Positions 13,801 through 28,800 of a stretch of DNA of 64,000 nt are shown one piece after another. Source of the stretch: Malacoraja senta (lineage: Eukaryota); contig CM075995.1 of assembly GCA_038087875.1 (NCBI GenBank), positions 8,930,001 to 8,994,000 of the forward strand. Direction: 5' to 3'. The notes beneath the pieces were generated by a model, which was not told the DNA's origin, made no database searches, and worked only from the letters and a program-made list of their open reading frames with translations. Position 1 is the first letter of the stretch, and each line of letters opens with the position of its first letter. The translations under genes were made by a program, and so were the position numbers.

Positions 13801-16800
13801 GCTGCCTCACAGCGCCAGAGACCCTGGTTCGATCCTGACCACGGGCGCTTGTCTGTAAGGAGTTTGTACGTACTCCCCCCGTGACCTGCTCGGGTTTTCT
13901 CCGGGTGCTCCGGTTTCCTCCCACACTCCAAAGATGTGCAGGTTTTAGGCTGTTTGACAATAGACAATAGTCAATGGACAATAGGTGCAGGAGTAGGCCA
14001 TTCGGCCCTTCGAGCCAGCACCGCCATTCAATGTGATCATGGCAGATCATCCCCAATCAGTACCCCCGTTCCTGCCTTCTCCCCATATCCCCTGACTCCG
14101 CTATTTTTAAGAGCCCTATCTAGCTCTCTCTTGAAAGCATCCAGAGAACCTGCCTCCACCGCCCTCTGAGGCAGAGAATTCCACAGACTCACCACTCTCT
14201 GTGTGAAAAAGTGTTTCCTCGTCTCCGTTCTAAATGGCTTACTCCTAATCCTTAAACTGTGGCCCCTGGTTCTGGATTCCCCCAACATCGGGAACATGTT
14301 TCCTGCCTCTAGCGTGTCCAAGCCCTTAACAATCTTATATGTTTCAATGAGATCTCCTCTCATCCTTCTGAACTCGAGTGTACAAGCCCAGCTGCTCCAT
14401 TCTCTCAGCGTATGACAGTCCCGCCATCCCGGGAATTAACCTTGTAAACCTACGCTGCACTCCCTCAATATTTGGCTTGGTAAAATTGTAACTTGTCCCT
14501 AGTGTGTGTCGGATAGTGTTAGTGTGCGGGGATCGCTGGTCGGCGCGGACTCTGTGGGCCGAAGGGCCTGTTTCCGCGCTGTATCTCTAAACTTAACTAA
14601 AATCAGGATTATCAAAATAGGGCGGCACAGTGTGGCGCAGCGGGTAAAGCTGCTAAACAAAGAGGATAGCACGCAAAGCAAAGCTTTTCCACTGTACCTC
14701 ATTACATGTGACAATAGTAAACCTAAACCTCACAAACTGAAATCAATCCAATTAATCGTTCACTATGTTTCTAATGATAAACCAAATGATGCCGTTACTA
14801 TCTAGATCTAATTTATAATACTCGTACTTTAGTTTAGTTTAGAGATACAACGTGGAAACAGGCCCTTCGGCCCACCGACTCCGTACCAACCAGCGATCCT
14901 CGCACATCAACACTACCCTGCACACACTAGGGGCAATTTACACTAATACCAAGCCAATTAACCTACAAACTTGTACGTCTTTGCAGTGCGGGAGGAAACC
15001 GAAGACCTCGGAGAAAACCCACGCGGGTCGCGGGGAGAACGTGCAAACTCCGTACAGACAGCACTCGTAGGCGGGATCGAACCCGGATCTTTGGCCTTGC
15101 GAGCGGTGTGAGGCAGCAACTCCACCGCTGCGCCACCGTGCCGCCTGTATGACGCCATCTTCTTTGAAGATGTTGTGAACGGCCATTTTGTTTGGTGCAC
15201 TCTGCAGGAAAGAGACAGGAAACTTGCTTGGAAATTCTGAGAATAAAGCTGAGTATAGAAATCGGGAGGTCATGATGAAGTTGTATAAGGACATTGGTGA
15301 GGCCACATTCAGAGTCCTGTGTTCAGATCTAGGCACCGTGTTATTGGTAAGATGTTGTTGTGGCGACTCTTGCCTACTGCATCAGTCTTAATCTACCTTT
15401 CTTACACCCTTGTACTTAAGTATTATTGTGCTTATGGATAAAGATTTCACTGGACTCTTTGCAAATAGACAATAGGTGCAGGAGTAGGCCATTTGGCCCT
15501 TCGAGCCAGCACCGCCATTCAATGTGATCATGGCTGATCATCCACAATCAGTACCCCGTTCCTGCCTTCTCCCCATATCCCCCTGACTCCGCTATCTTTA
15601 AGAGCTCTATCTAGCTCTCTCTTGAAAGTATCCAGAGAACCGGCCTCCACCGCCCTCTGAGGCAGAGAATTCCACAGACTCACATATGTACTTGGATACA
15701 TGTGACAATGTACCTGGATACAAAGTGCCGTCGATCTATTCTTACACCCAATGAAATTTCAGGAACTGAATATAATCATAACATCATAAGCGATAGGAGT
15801 ACAATTAGGCCACTCGGCCCATCAAGTGTAATCCGCCATTAAGTCTGCTCCGCACATCAATCGTGTACAGTCTTTCCGCTAACTGGATAGCCCGCTATAA
15901 AAACTTTTCACTGTTCCTCGGTACACATGACAATAAATTAAACCAAACTAAACCATACCAAACTAAATTAAACTAAACTAGGAACAAAAATCTGAAGGAA
16001 TGAGGAAATGTTGACAGACTCACCCTGCATCTGTTTTTTTGCCGTAGGTTGCATAGTTTAACTTGAATTTCTTGGGCTGTAAAATAAAATATATATATAA
16101 GTAGTTATATAGATACGGTCTTAATAGGTTCTAGGAGCAGAATTAGGCCATTTGGCCCGTCAAGTCTACTCCGCCATTCAATCATGGCTGGCCTATCTCT
16201 CCCCTCCTAACCCCATTCTCCTGCCTTCTCCCCATAACCCCCGTACTAATCAAGAATCTGTCTATCTCCAGTTTAAAAATACTCATTGACTTGGCCTCCA
16301 CAGCCGTCTTTGGCAATTAATTCCACAGATTCACCACCTTCTGACCGAAGAAATTCCTCCTCGTCTCCATTCTAAAGGAACGTCCTTTAATTCTGAGGCT
16401 GTGACCTCTGGTCCTAAACTCTCCCACTAGTGGAAACATCCTCTCCACATCCACTCTGTCCAGGCCTTTCACTATTCAGTACGTTTCTATGAAACCCCCC
16501 CCTCATCCTTCTTAACTCCAGCGAGTTATTTTAGGAAAACCAAACGGTGAACGTGGGTGAATGTGTATTGATGAGGTTTACCGGATTGGAGCCAGGCAGG
16601 GACTTTCCGTTCAGTTTGTGTAGACAGCGATCAGCGCTGGTTTGGTCAGCTAATTCCACGAAGCAATAGCCCGCTAACGTCCTGAAACAACACGAGAGGT
16701 TTGGTTACGTTTCATACTTTAATACGAAGGCACCAATGTAAAGCTACCCAATATTAAAATAGAAACATAGAAGATATGTGCAGGAGTAGGCCATTCGGCC

Positions 16801-19800
16801 CTTCAAGGCAGCACCGCCATTCAATATGATCATGGCTGATCATCCACAATCAGTACCCCGTTCCTGCTTTTTCCCCATAATCCCTTGATTCCGTTAGCCC
16901 TAAGAGCTAAATCTAACTCTCTCCTGAAAACATCCAGTGAATTAGCCCCCCACTGCCTTCTGCCCGCTATTTTTAAGAGCCCTATCCAGCTCTCTCTTGA
17001 AAGTATCCAGAGAACCGGCCTCCACCACCCTCTGTGGCAGAGAATTCCACAGATTCACAACTCTCTGGGTGAAAAAATGGTTCCTCATCCCAGTCCTAAA
17101 TGGCCTACCCCTTATTCTTAAACTGTGACCCCTGGTTCTGGACTCCCCCCAACATCGGGAACATTTTTCCTGCATCTAGCCTGTCCAATCCTTTAAGAAT
17201 TTTATATGTTTCTATAAGATTCCCTCTCATCCTTCTAAACTCCAGTTAATACAAGCCCAGTCGACCCATTAAATAAAATACAGATGCTGCTTGCAGCAGA
17301 AGCTCCAGTTGTTGACTCCATTTACACCTCACGCTGCCTCGGCAAGGCCAGCAGCATGAGGTGTAGACAAAACTGTTGGAGAAACTCAGTGGGTGAGGCA
17401 GCATCTATGGAGCGAAGGAATAGGTGACGTTTCGGGTCGAGACCCTTCTTCAATGATGTGGGGTGGGGGGGGGCGGGAAGAAGAAAGGAAGAGGCAGAGA
17501 CAGTGGGCTGTGGGAGAGCTGGGAAGGGGAGGGGAAGGAGGGAGAAAGCAGGGACTACCTGAAATTGGAGAAGTCAATGTTCATACCGCTGGGGTGTAAA
17601 CTACCCAAGCGAAATATGAGGTGCTGCTCGTCCCAATTCTCCCCTGTGGGAAGGAACGAATTGACCAGCGAGTTACGGAGGGAGCGGTCTCTGCGGAAAG
17701 CCGAAAGGGGAGGAGATGGGAAGATGTGGCCAGTGGTGGGATCCTGTTGGAGGTGGCGAAAATGTCGGAGGATTATCTGTGTATTGGTGAGACCAAGTGC
17801 AGGCTTGGCGATCGCTTCCCCCACAGTTTGCATTAACCAACCTGATCTCCCGGTGGCTCAGCACTTCAACTCCCCCTCCCTTTCTGTCCTGGGCCTCTTC
17901 CATGGCCAGAGTGAGTCCCACCGTAAATTGGAGGAGCAGCACCTCATATTTCGCTTGGGCAGTTACACCCCAGCGGTATGAACATTGACTTTTCCAATTT
18001 CAGGTAGTCCCTGCTTTCTCCCTCCTTCCCCTCCCCTTCCCAGCTCTCCCACAGCCCTATCTCCGCTTCTTCCTTTCTTCTTCCTGCCCCCCCCCCCACC
18101 CCCACATCAGTTTGAAGAAGGGTCTCGAACCGAAACGCCACCTAATCCTTCGCTCCACAGATGCTGCCTCACCCGCTGAGTTTCTCCAGCATTTTTGTCT
18201 ACCTTAGATTTTTCCAGCATCTGCAGTTCTTTCTTAAACTATTATTCCTATCATGTATCTGTACACTGTAAATGGCTCGATTATAATCACGTCTGGTCTT
18301 TCTGCTGACTGGATGGCACACAACAAAAGAGCACCTCGGTACACGTGACAATAAACTAAACTAAACTGAACACCTCGACTGCACGGCTGGCTCGCCCGCC
18401 ATAGAACCGAGAACCTGCCCAGTCGTCCGCGGCTCGTCTTCTGTTCGACCCCGAAGACCGGGAGGGAAGGTGGAGGGAGTCCTCAACGGACGATGGACAA
18501 CGGGCCGATTTCAAGATGGCGTCAGGAGAGGGCAGAGGAGAGGGTCGGTGTTGCCATGACAACCGGCCTTTGCGGCAAAGATAAGCCTGCACTCTTACAC
18601 TCCGTCTATTATCACACAACCATTGTTACGCTTTTGTACTTATCTATGATTGTGCTTATCTATAGTATGATTTTACCAGATTGTTTGCAAAACAAAGAAC
18701 ATCGCTGCACCTAGGTAGACACAAAATGCTGGAGTAACTCAGCAGGACAGGCAGCACCTCTGGAGAGAAGGAATGGGTGACGTTTCCAGTCGAGACCCTT
18801 CTTCAGACGAGACCCTTTTTCTGAAGAACAAGGGTCTCGACCCGAAATGTCACCCATTCCTTCTCCCAAGAGATGCTGCCTGACCCGCTGAGTTACTCCA
18901 GTGTCTATCTTCGGTTTAAACCAGCATCTGCAGTTCCTTCATACACTGTACCTCGGTACATAGGTACGTGTGACAATAAAGTATCATCACGATGCTGAAG
19001 TCTTTCTGAGAGTTCAAACTACAATGCAATATTTTCTGCCTGTTGCCTGTCCATTTGACAGATTACTTTGCAACTACTTGTGGTTTTGTAAGGCACATTC
19101 AGGGCCTTGGCCTTGCAGTCCATGAAGACCTCCCTGTTCCGCAGAGCTTCACGAGGACAAACTATCAGAGGTTCGTGTCCCAGGAGCCGAATTCGGTCAT
19201 TCGGCCCATCAAGTCTACTCCGCCATTCAATCATGGCTGATCTACCTCTCCCTCTCAACCCCATTCTCCTGCCTTCTCCCCATAACCCCTGACACCCGTT
19301 CTAATCAAGAACCAGCCATTCTCCAGCTTAAATATATCCACTGACTTGGCCTCCACGGCCTGCTGTGGCCATGAATTCCACAGATTCACCACCCTCTGAC
19401 AAAAGAAATTCCTCCTCATCTCCTCCCTAAAGGAACGTCCTTTTATTCTGAGGCTGTGCCCTCTGGTCTTAGACTCTCACACTAGTGGAAACATCCTCCC
19501 CACATCCACTCTATCCAGGCCTTTCACTACCCGGTAAGTTTCAAAGAGATCCCCCCCTCATCCTTCTAATAGTCCGTGGGCCAGAGAGGCCTACCGTGCA
19601 CCCCCCACCTATGGTCCTACTTCTTGGGCGCCATTTTGTTCATTGGTATCTTTTCCGACAGAAGAAATACCAATGAACAAAATGACACCCAAGTAGGATC
19701 GTAGGTGGGGTGCACAGTAGGCCCCTCTGGTCCACGGACTATAAACTCCAGCGAGTACAGGCCCAGTGCCGTCAAACGCCTTTTCTCTGGAAAATTTAAT

Positions 19801-22800
19801 TTTATAACCTTTTCTTACCCGGTCATTCGATTGCTTATGATTTTCACGTTTACTGTTGGCTCACCCATGGCAGAGAACGCTTGTTTAATAAAAGATTCAT
19901 CCATGTACTGTTCCAGCTGGGGAAAAAAAGGAATAATAACAGATTTATTTTCCAACATTTTCCAACAAGTTCGTGCCAACAACGTTTTGAAGTAATATTT
20001 CAGAAGAACGTTCTAATGATGGACCAAATGTGTCTTTAATGTGAGGGGCAAGACTTAAAGGGGCAGCACGGTGGTGGAGCTGCTGTCTCATTGCCGCACT
20101 GGTGAGTAAGGCAAGGCAGCGCCTTTACCACCTCAGGCAGCTGAGGAAATTCAGTCTCTCTGAGGATCCTTCAGTGCTTCTACTCTGGAGCTGTAGAAAG
20201 CTTCTTGTCTGGTAACATCTCGATCTGGTTTGGGAACAGCTCTGCCCAGGACAGGAAGGCTCTGCAGAGAGTAGTGCGTTCGGCCGAACGCACTATGGGA
20301 ACTACACTCGCCCCCCTGCAGGACCTATACACCAGGAGGTACAGATCCAGAGCCAGCAACATTATGGGGGACCCCTACCACCCCAGCAACGGACTGTTCC
20401 AGCTGCTACGGTCAGGCAAACGCCTCCGCTGTCACGCTGTGAAAACAGAGAGGATGAGACGGAGTTCTTCCCACAGGCCGTCAGGATTGTAAACTCTGAT
20501 CTCACCAGGGACTCATTTACTGTTGTGTTGTGTCTTTTTTTCTAAAATGTAAATACTGGTTCTGTTCTATTCTGTTCTGTTGTTTTTGCACAATCCACAG
20601 GCGTTGCCACTTTCATTTCACTGCACATCTTGTATGTGTATGTGTGACAAATAAACTTGACTTGACTTGTCAGAGACCAGGGTTCGATCCTGACTATGGT
20701 TGCTGCCTGCGCATGGAATTTGCACATTCTCCCCGTGACCTGCGTGGGTTTCCTCCAGGAGCTCCTGCGTTCGACTCGAGAGATACAGCGCAGAAACAGG
20801 CCCCTTCGGCCCACCGGGTCCGCGCCGACCAGCGATCACCCCGTACACTAGCGCTATCATTCCCCACTAGGGGGCAATTTACAATCTTACTCAAACCTGC
20901 AAGCCTGTACGTCGTTGGGTGTGGGAGGAAACCGGAGCACCCGGAGAAAACCCACGCAGGTCACGGGGAGAACGTACAACCTCCGTACAGACAGCACCCG
21001 TAGTCGGGATCGAACCCGGGTCTCAGGCGCTGTGAGGCAGCAACTCTACCGCTGCGCCACCCTGAATCCACATTGCAAAGAATTACATGTTTGCAGGCTA
21101 ATTGGCCCTCTGTAAATTGCCCCTGGTGTGTAGGGAGTGGATGAGAAAGTGGGATAACATAGAACTATTGTGAACGGGTGGGCGATCTTTTGTGTAGACT
21201 CGGTGGGCCGAAGGGCCTGTTTCCATGCTGTAACATTTAATGAATCAATCTATCAATGTGAGGGTTAAGGTGTGATTACACTTTTAAATAAAAGAGATAT
21301 GCAAACAAGTTTGCTTATAGATTATTACAAAGAGCAAGGGCGTCACGGTGGCGCAGCGGTAGAGTTGCCGCCTAACGGCGCCAGAGACCTGGGTTCATTC
21401 CTGACTGTACGGAGTTTGTACGTTCTCCCTGTGACCTGCGTGGGTTTTCTCCGGGTGCTCCGGTTTCCTCCTACACTCCCAAAACGTGCAGGTTTGTAGG
21501 TTAGACACAAAGTGCCCAAGTAACTCAGCGGGTTGGGCAGCACCTCTGGAGACAAGGAATAGGTGACGTTTCGGGTCGAGACCCTTCTTCAGACTGAGCA
21601 CGGGTTCATCAATGTGGGGCGAGTCCAGAACCATGGGCCACACAGTCTTAGAATAAAGGGGAGGCCATTTAAGACTGAGGTGAGAAAAAACTTTTTCACC
21701 CAGAGAGTTGTGAATTTATGGAATTCCCTGCCACAGAGGGCAGTGGGGGCCAAATCACTGGATGGATTTAAGAGAGTTAGATAGAGCTCTAGGGGCTGGT
21801 GGAGTCAAGGAATATGGGAAGAAGGCAGGCACGGGTTATTGATAGGGGACGATCAGCCATGATCACAATGAATGGCGGTGCTGGCTCGAAGGGCCGAATG
21901 GCCTCCTCCTGCACCTATTTTCTATGTTTCACCATCGAATTTCAGGCTGGTGGTCTGGCCCCTCATTTAATCCTGACAAAATTCCCACCCCGCTCCAGCA
22001 GATGTGTTGCCGTAGCCGGCTTCCGAGGCCGACTTTGCGGGCCGGTATCTGGGCTCCTCGGCGGAACATTCCGGTTCCGTTGGACTCCTCTCGGAGGCCG
22101 TGACCTCTGTTGCTGTGGCAACGCAGTTAATATGGCAAGAATATCATTGTTCTGTTTCGGCACATACAGTGCCCTCCATGTTTGGGACAAAGACCCATCA
22201 TTTATTTATTTGCCTCTGTAACCAACAATTTGAGATTTGTAATAGAATAACATCACATGTGGTTAAAGTGCACATTGTCAGATTTTATTAAAGGCCATTT
22301 TTATACATTTTGGTTTCACCATGTAGAAATTACAGCTGTGGTTATACATAGTCCCCCCCATTTCAGGGCACCATAATGTTTGGGACACATGGCTTCACAG
22401 GTGTTTGTAATTGTTCAGGTGTGTTTAATTGCCTCCTTAATGCAGGTATATGAGAGCTCTCAGCACCTAGTCTTTCCTCCAGTCTTTCCATTACCTTTGG
22501 AAACTTTTATTGCTGTTTATCAACATGAGGACCAAAGTTGTGCCAATGAAAGTCAAAGAAGCCATTTATGAGACTAAGAAACAAGAATAAAACTGTTGGA
22601 GACATCAGCCAAACCTTAGGCTTATCAAAATCAACTGTTTGGAACATCATTAAGAAGAAAGAGACCACTGGTGAGCTTACTAATCGCAAAGGGACTGGCA
22701 GGCCAAGGAAGACCTCCACAGCTGATGACAGAAGAATTCTCTCTATAATAAAGAAAAATCCCCAAACACCTGTCCGACAGATCAGAAACACTCTTCAGGA

Positions 22801-25800
22801 GTCAGGTGTGGATTTGTCAATGACCACTGTCCGCAGAAAACTTCATGAACAGAAATACATAGGCGACACTGCAAGATGCAAACCACTGGTTAGCTGCAAA
22901 AATAGGATGGCCAGGTTACAGTTTGCCAAGAAGTAGTTAAAAGAGCAACCACAGTTCTGGAAAAAGATCTTGTGGACAGATGTGACGAAGATTAACTTGT
23001 ATCAGAGTGATGGCAAGAGCAAAGTATGGAGGAGAGAAGGAACTGCCCAAGATCCAAAGCATACCACCTCATCTGTGAAACACAGTTGTGGGGGTGTTAT
23101 GGCCTGGGCATGTATGGCTGCTGAAGGTACTGGCTCACTTATCGTCATTGATGATACAACTGCTGATGGTAGTAGTATAATGAATTCTGAAGTGTATAGA
23201 CACATCCTATCTGCTCAAGTTCAAACAAATGCCTCAAAACTCATTGGCCGGCGGTTCATTCTACAGCAAGACAATGATCCCAAACATACTGCTAAAGCAA
23301 CAAAGGAGTTTTTCAAAGCTAAAAAATTGTAATTTCTTGAATGGCCAAGTCAATCACCCGATCTGAACCCAATTGAGCATGCTGTTTATATGCTGAAGAG
23401 AAAACTGAAGGGGACTAGCCCCCAAAACAAGCATATGCTAAAGATGGCTGCAATACAGGCCTGGCAGAGCATCACCAGAGAAGACACCCAGCAACTGGTG
23501 ATGTCCATGAATCGCAGACTTCAAGCAGTCATTGCATGCAAAGGATATGCAACAAAATACTAAACATGACTACTTTCATTTACATGACATTGCTGTGTCC
23601 CAGACATTATGGTGCCCTGAAATGGGGGGACCATGTATAAACACTGCTGTAATTTCTACATGGTGAAACCAAAATGTATAAAAATGGCCTTTATTAAAAT
23701 CTGACAATGTGCACTTTAACCACATGTGATTTTTTTTTTCCTATTACAAATCTCAAATTGTGGAGTACAGAGGCAAATAAATAAATGATGGGTCCTTTAA
23801 AAGTCAACGCACACTTAACGAGGGCAGCTGAAAGCAGTTAGCACCCTAATGACTGATCCTAGTGTGTGCAGGCACTAACTGAGTGGCTGTGTGGAGGGCA
23901 AGTGCAAGGGCTTTGGTGAAGAGGGTCATGGCAAGACAAGGTATGGGCTGTATTTTTCTTTTGTACATTGTAGAGTGTGGAAACAGACCCACTTGCCCAC
24001 ACTGACCAACATGTCCCGTCTAGGGTCCTTTGAAGACAGAAACAGGTAAATTTATTATGGGGAACAAGGAAATGGCAGACGAGTTGAACGGGTACACAAA
24101 AATGCTGGAGAAACTCAGCGGGTGCAGCAGCATCTATGGAGCGAAGGAAATAGGTAACGTTTTCCTTGAAGTAAACATTGAACGGGTACTTTGGTTCTGT
24201 CTTCACTAAGGAGGACACAAACAATCTCCCAGATGTACTAGTGGACAGATGATCTGGGGTGATGGAGGAACTGAAAGAAATCCACATTTGGCAGGAAATG
24301 GTGTTGGATAGACTAATGGGACTGAAGGCTGATAAATCCCCAGGGCCTGATGGTCTGCATCCCAGGGTACTCAAGGAGGTGGCTCTAGAAATTGTGAATG
24401 CATTGGTGATCATTTTCCAATGTTCTTTAGATTCTGGATCAGTTCCTGTGGATTGGAGGGTAGCTAATGTTATCCCACTTTTTAAGAAAGGCGGGAGAGA
24501 GAAAACAGGGAATTATAGACCAGTTAGCCTGACATCGGTGGTGGGGAAGATGCTGGAGTCAATTATCAAAGATGAAATAGCGGCACATTTGGATAACAGG
24601 ATCAGTCTAAGTCAGCATGGATTTACGAAGGGGAAATCATGTTTGACAAATCTTCTGGAATTTTTTGAGGATGTAACAAGTAAAATGGACAAGGGAGAGC
24701 CAGTGGATGTAGTGTACCTGGACTTTCAGAAAGCATTTGATAAGGTCCCACACAGGAGATTAGTGGGCAAAATTAGGGCACATGGTTTTTGGGGGTAGAG
24801 TGCTGACAGGGATAGAAAATTGGTTGGCAGACAGGAAACAAAGATTAACGGGTCCCTTTCAGAATGGCAGGCAGTGAATAATGGGATACCGCAAGGCTTG
24901 GTGCTGGGGCCACAGCTATTTACAATATATATCAGTGATTTAGATGAAGGGATTAAACGTAACATTAGCAAATTTGTAGATGACACAAAGCTGGGTGGCA
25001 GTGTGATCTGTGAGGAGGATGCTATGAGAATGCGGGTGACTTGGACAGGTTGGGGGAGTGGGCAGATGCATGGCAGATGAAGTTTAATGCGGATAAATGT
25101 GAGGTTATCTAAATTTGGTAGCAAAAACAGGAAGGCAGATTATTATCTGAATGGTGTCAAGTTGGGAAAAGGGGAAGTATAACAGGATCTGGGGGTCTTT
25201 GTTCATCAGTCAATGAAAGTAAGCATGCAGGTACAGCAGGCAGTGAAGAAAGCGAATGGCATGTTGGCCTTCATAAAGAGAGGAATTGAGTACAGGAGCA
25301 AAGAGATCCTTCTGCAGTTGTACAGGGCCCTAGTGAAACCACACCTGGAGTATTGTGTGCAGTATTGGTCCCTTAATTTGAGGAAGGACATTCTTGCTAT
25401 TGAGGGAGTGCAGCGTAGGTTTACAAGGTTAATTCCCGGGATGGCGGGACTGTCATATGATGAAAGAATGGAGCGACCGGGCTATTATTCATTGGATTTA
25501 GAAGGATGAGAGGGAATCTTATTGAAACATAGAAAATTATAAAGGGATTGGACAGGCTAGAGGCAGGAAACATATTCCTGACGTTGGGGGAGTCCAGAAC
25601 CAGGGGTCACAATTTAAGAATAAGGGGTAAGCTATTTAGAACTGAGATGAGGAAAAACCTTTTCACACAGAGGGTAGTGAATCTGTGCCTCAGAATGCAG
25701 TGGAGGCCGATTCACTGGATGCATTCAAAAGAGAGTTAGATAGAGTTCTAAGGGCTAACGGAATCCAGGGATATGTGGAGAAGGCAGGAACGGGGTACTG

Positions 25801-28800
25801 ATTGGGGATGATCAGCCATGTTCACATTGAATGGCGATGCTGGCCTGAAAGGCCGAATGGCCTACTCCTGCACTCCTGTATCGATGTAAACTAGTCCCAC
25901 CTGCCTGTGTTTGGCCCATATCCCTCTAATTCTCTGTTGAATATCTGCCACAGAAGGCAGTGGAGGCCAATTCACTGGATGTTTTCAAGAGTTAGATTTA
26001 GCTCTTAGGGCTCAGGAAATCAGGGGATATGGGAGAAAAAGCCAGAATGGGGTAATCATTTTGGATGATCAGCCATGATTATATTGAATGGCTTGAAGGG
26101 CCGATTGGCCTACTCCTTTACCTATTTTCTATGTTTCTTTGTTAAACCTGTCCAAATGTATAGATTCATAGTCTTCGAGTTTATAACCATATAACAATTA
26201 CAGCACGGAATTACAGGCCATCTCGGCCGTTCTAGTCCGTGCTGAACACTTACTCTCACCTAGTCCCATCTACCTGCACTCAGACCATATCCCTCCATTC
26301 CTTTCCCGTCCATATACCTATCCAATTTATTTTTAAATGATAAAATCGAACCTGCCTCCACCACTTCCACTGGAAGCTCATTCCACACAGCTACCACTCT
26401 CTGAGTAAAGAAGTTCACCCTCATGTTACCGCTAAACTTTTGTCCCTTAATTCTCAAATCATGTCCTCTTGTTTGAATCTTCCCTACTCTCAATGGAAAA
26501 AGCTTATCCACGTTAAACTCTGTCTATCCCTCTCATAATTTTAAAGACCTCTATCAAGTCCCCCCTTAACCTTCTGCACTCCAAAGATTATTTAGTTTAT
26601 TGTCATGTGTACCGAGGTACAGTGAAAAGCTTTTGCCGTGTGCTATCCAGTCAGTGGAAAGACAATACATGATTACAATTGAGCCATTTACAGTGAGTAG
26701 ACAAAAAATGCTGGAGAAACTCGGCGGGTGAGGCAGTATCTGTGGAGAAAAGGAGTAGGTGGTCTCGACATCAGTCTGAAGAAGGGTCTTGATCTGAAAC
26801 GTCACCTACTCCTTTTCTCCACCGATGCTGCCTCACCCGCCGAGTTCCTCCAGCATTTTTTTTGTCTACTTTCGATTTTTCCAGCATCTGCAGTTCCTTC
26901 TTAAACATTTACAGTGAGCTGTCGTGCACCGTGGGAATAGGCCCAACTTGCCCGCACTGACCAACCTGTCCCATCTAGACTAGTCCTACTTGCCAGCGTT
27001 TATTGTCACCTGTACCGAGGTACCGTGAAAAGCTTTTGTTGTGTTCCCTTGTCAAAAATAAATTGCTAAGCTTCAAGAATAGTCAACTCAAGTCAAGTTT
27101 ATTTGTCACACACACATGCAAGATGTGCAGTGAAATGAAAGTGGCACTGACTGCGGATTGTGCAAAAACTACAGAACAGAACCAGTATTTACATTTTAGA
27201 AAAATAAAAAGACACAACACAACAGTAAATGAGTCCCTTGGTGAGATAAGAGTTTACAGCCCTGATGGCCTGTGGGAAGAAACTCCGTCTCATCCTCTCT
27301 GTTTTCACAGCGTGACAGTGGAGGCGTTTGACTGACCGTGGCAGCTGGAACAGTCCGTTGCTAGGCTGGTAGGGGTCCCCCATAATGTTGCTGGGCTCTG
27401 GATCTGCACCCCCTGGTGTATAGGCCCCGCAAGGGGGCGAGTGTAGTTCCCGTGGTGCATTCGGCCGAACGCACTACTCTCTGCAGAGCCTTCCTGTCCT
27501 GGGCAGAGCTGTTCCCAAACCAGATTGTGATGTTGCCGGACAAGATGCTTTCTACAGCCCCAGAGTAGAAGCACTGAAGGATCCTCAGAGAGACGCTGAA
27601 TTTCCTCAGCTGCCTGTATTTAAAAATGTTGAAAGTCCTCTTCATGTGTTATAATAATTCTGTGCTTCAATGAAGGGTTGAAACTGAGCGTGTGTAGCTG
27701 ACTGCAGTCTAATTTCGTCTGATTCTGTTGTCAAATGACAAATGGCAATCGTAAAACAATAGAATAAGGTCGAAAGGGTAGCAGGACATTTGCTTATCTG
27801 TTGTGGGGGTGGAATTTACTCCGTTGTGTCTTTCAGGGGGTGGGGAGTGGGGCGGGCGTACATGATGTACAATTGTTATAAGACCATTTGGAAGAAGGAA
27901 AAGCGCTAAAGTGCCTGCTACAGTAAACAGCGCATCCGTGGGATCTGGGGGGCCCTTGTTCATCAGTCAATGAAAGTAAGCATGCAGGTACAGCAGGCAG
28001 TGAAGAAAGCGAATGGCATGTTGGCCTTCATAACAAGAGGAGTTGAGCAAAGAGGTCCTTCTGCAGTTGTACAGGCCCCTAGTGAGACCACACCTGGAGT
28101 GTTGTGTGCAGTTTTGGTCCCCTAATTTGAGGAAGGACATTCTTGCTATTGAGGGAGTTCAGCGTAGGTTTACAAGGTTAATTCCCGGGATGGTGGGACT
28201 GTCATATGCTGAGAGAATGGGAGCGGCTGGGCTTATATACTCTGGAGTTTAGAAGGATGAGAGGGGATCTTATCGAAACATATAGGATTATTAAGGGTTT
28301 GGACACGCTAGAGGCAGGAAACATGTTCCCGATGTTGGCGGAGTCCAGAACCAGGGACCACAGTTTAAGAATAAGGAATAAGCCATTTGGAATGGAGACG
28401 AGGAATTCTCTGCCTCAGAGGGCGGTGGAGGCAGGTTCTCTGGATGCTTTCAAGAGAGAGCTAGATAGGGCTCTTAAAAATAGCGGAGTCATGGGATATG
28501 GTAGAAGGCAGGAACGGAGTACTGATTGGGGATGATCAGCCATGATCACATTGGATGGCGGTGCTGGCTCGAAGGGCCGAATGGCCTACTCCTGCACCTA
28601 TTGTCTATTGTTTATTGAGAGGATGAGACGGAGTTTCTTCCCATAGGCCGTCAGGACTGTAAACTCTGATCACACCAGGGACTCATTTACTGTTGTGTTG
28701 TGTCTTTTTATTTTTCTAAAATGTTAATACTGGTTCTGTTCTGTTCTGTAGTTTTTGCACAATCCGCAGGCATTGGCACATTCATTTCACTGCACATCTT

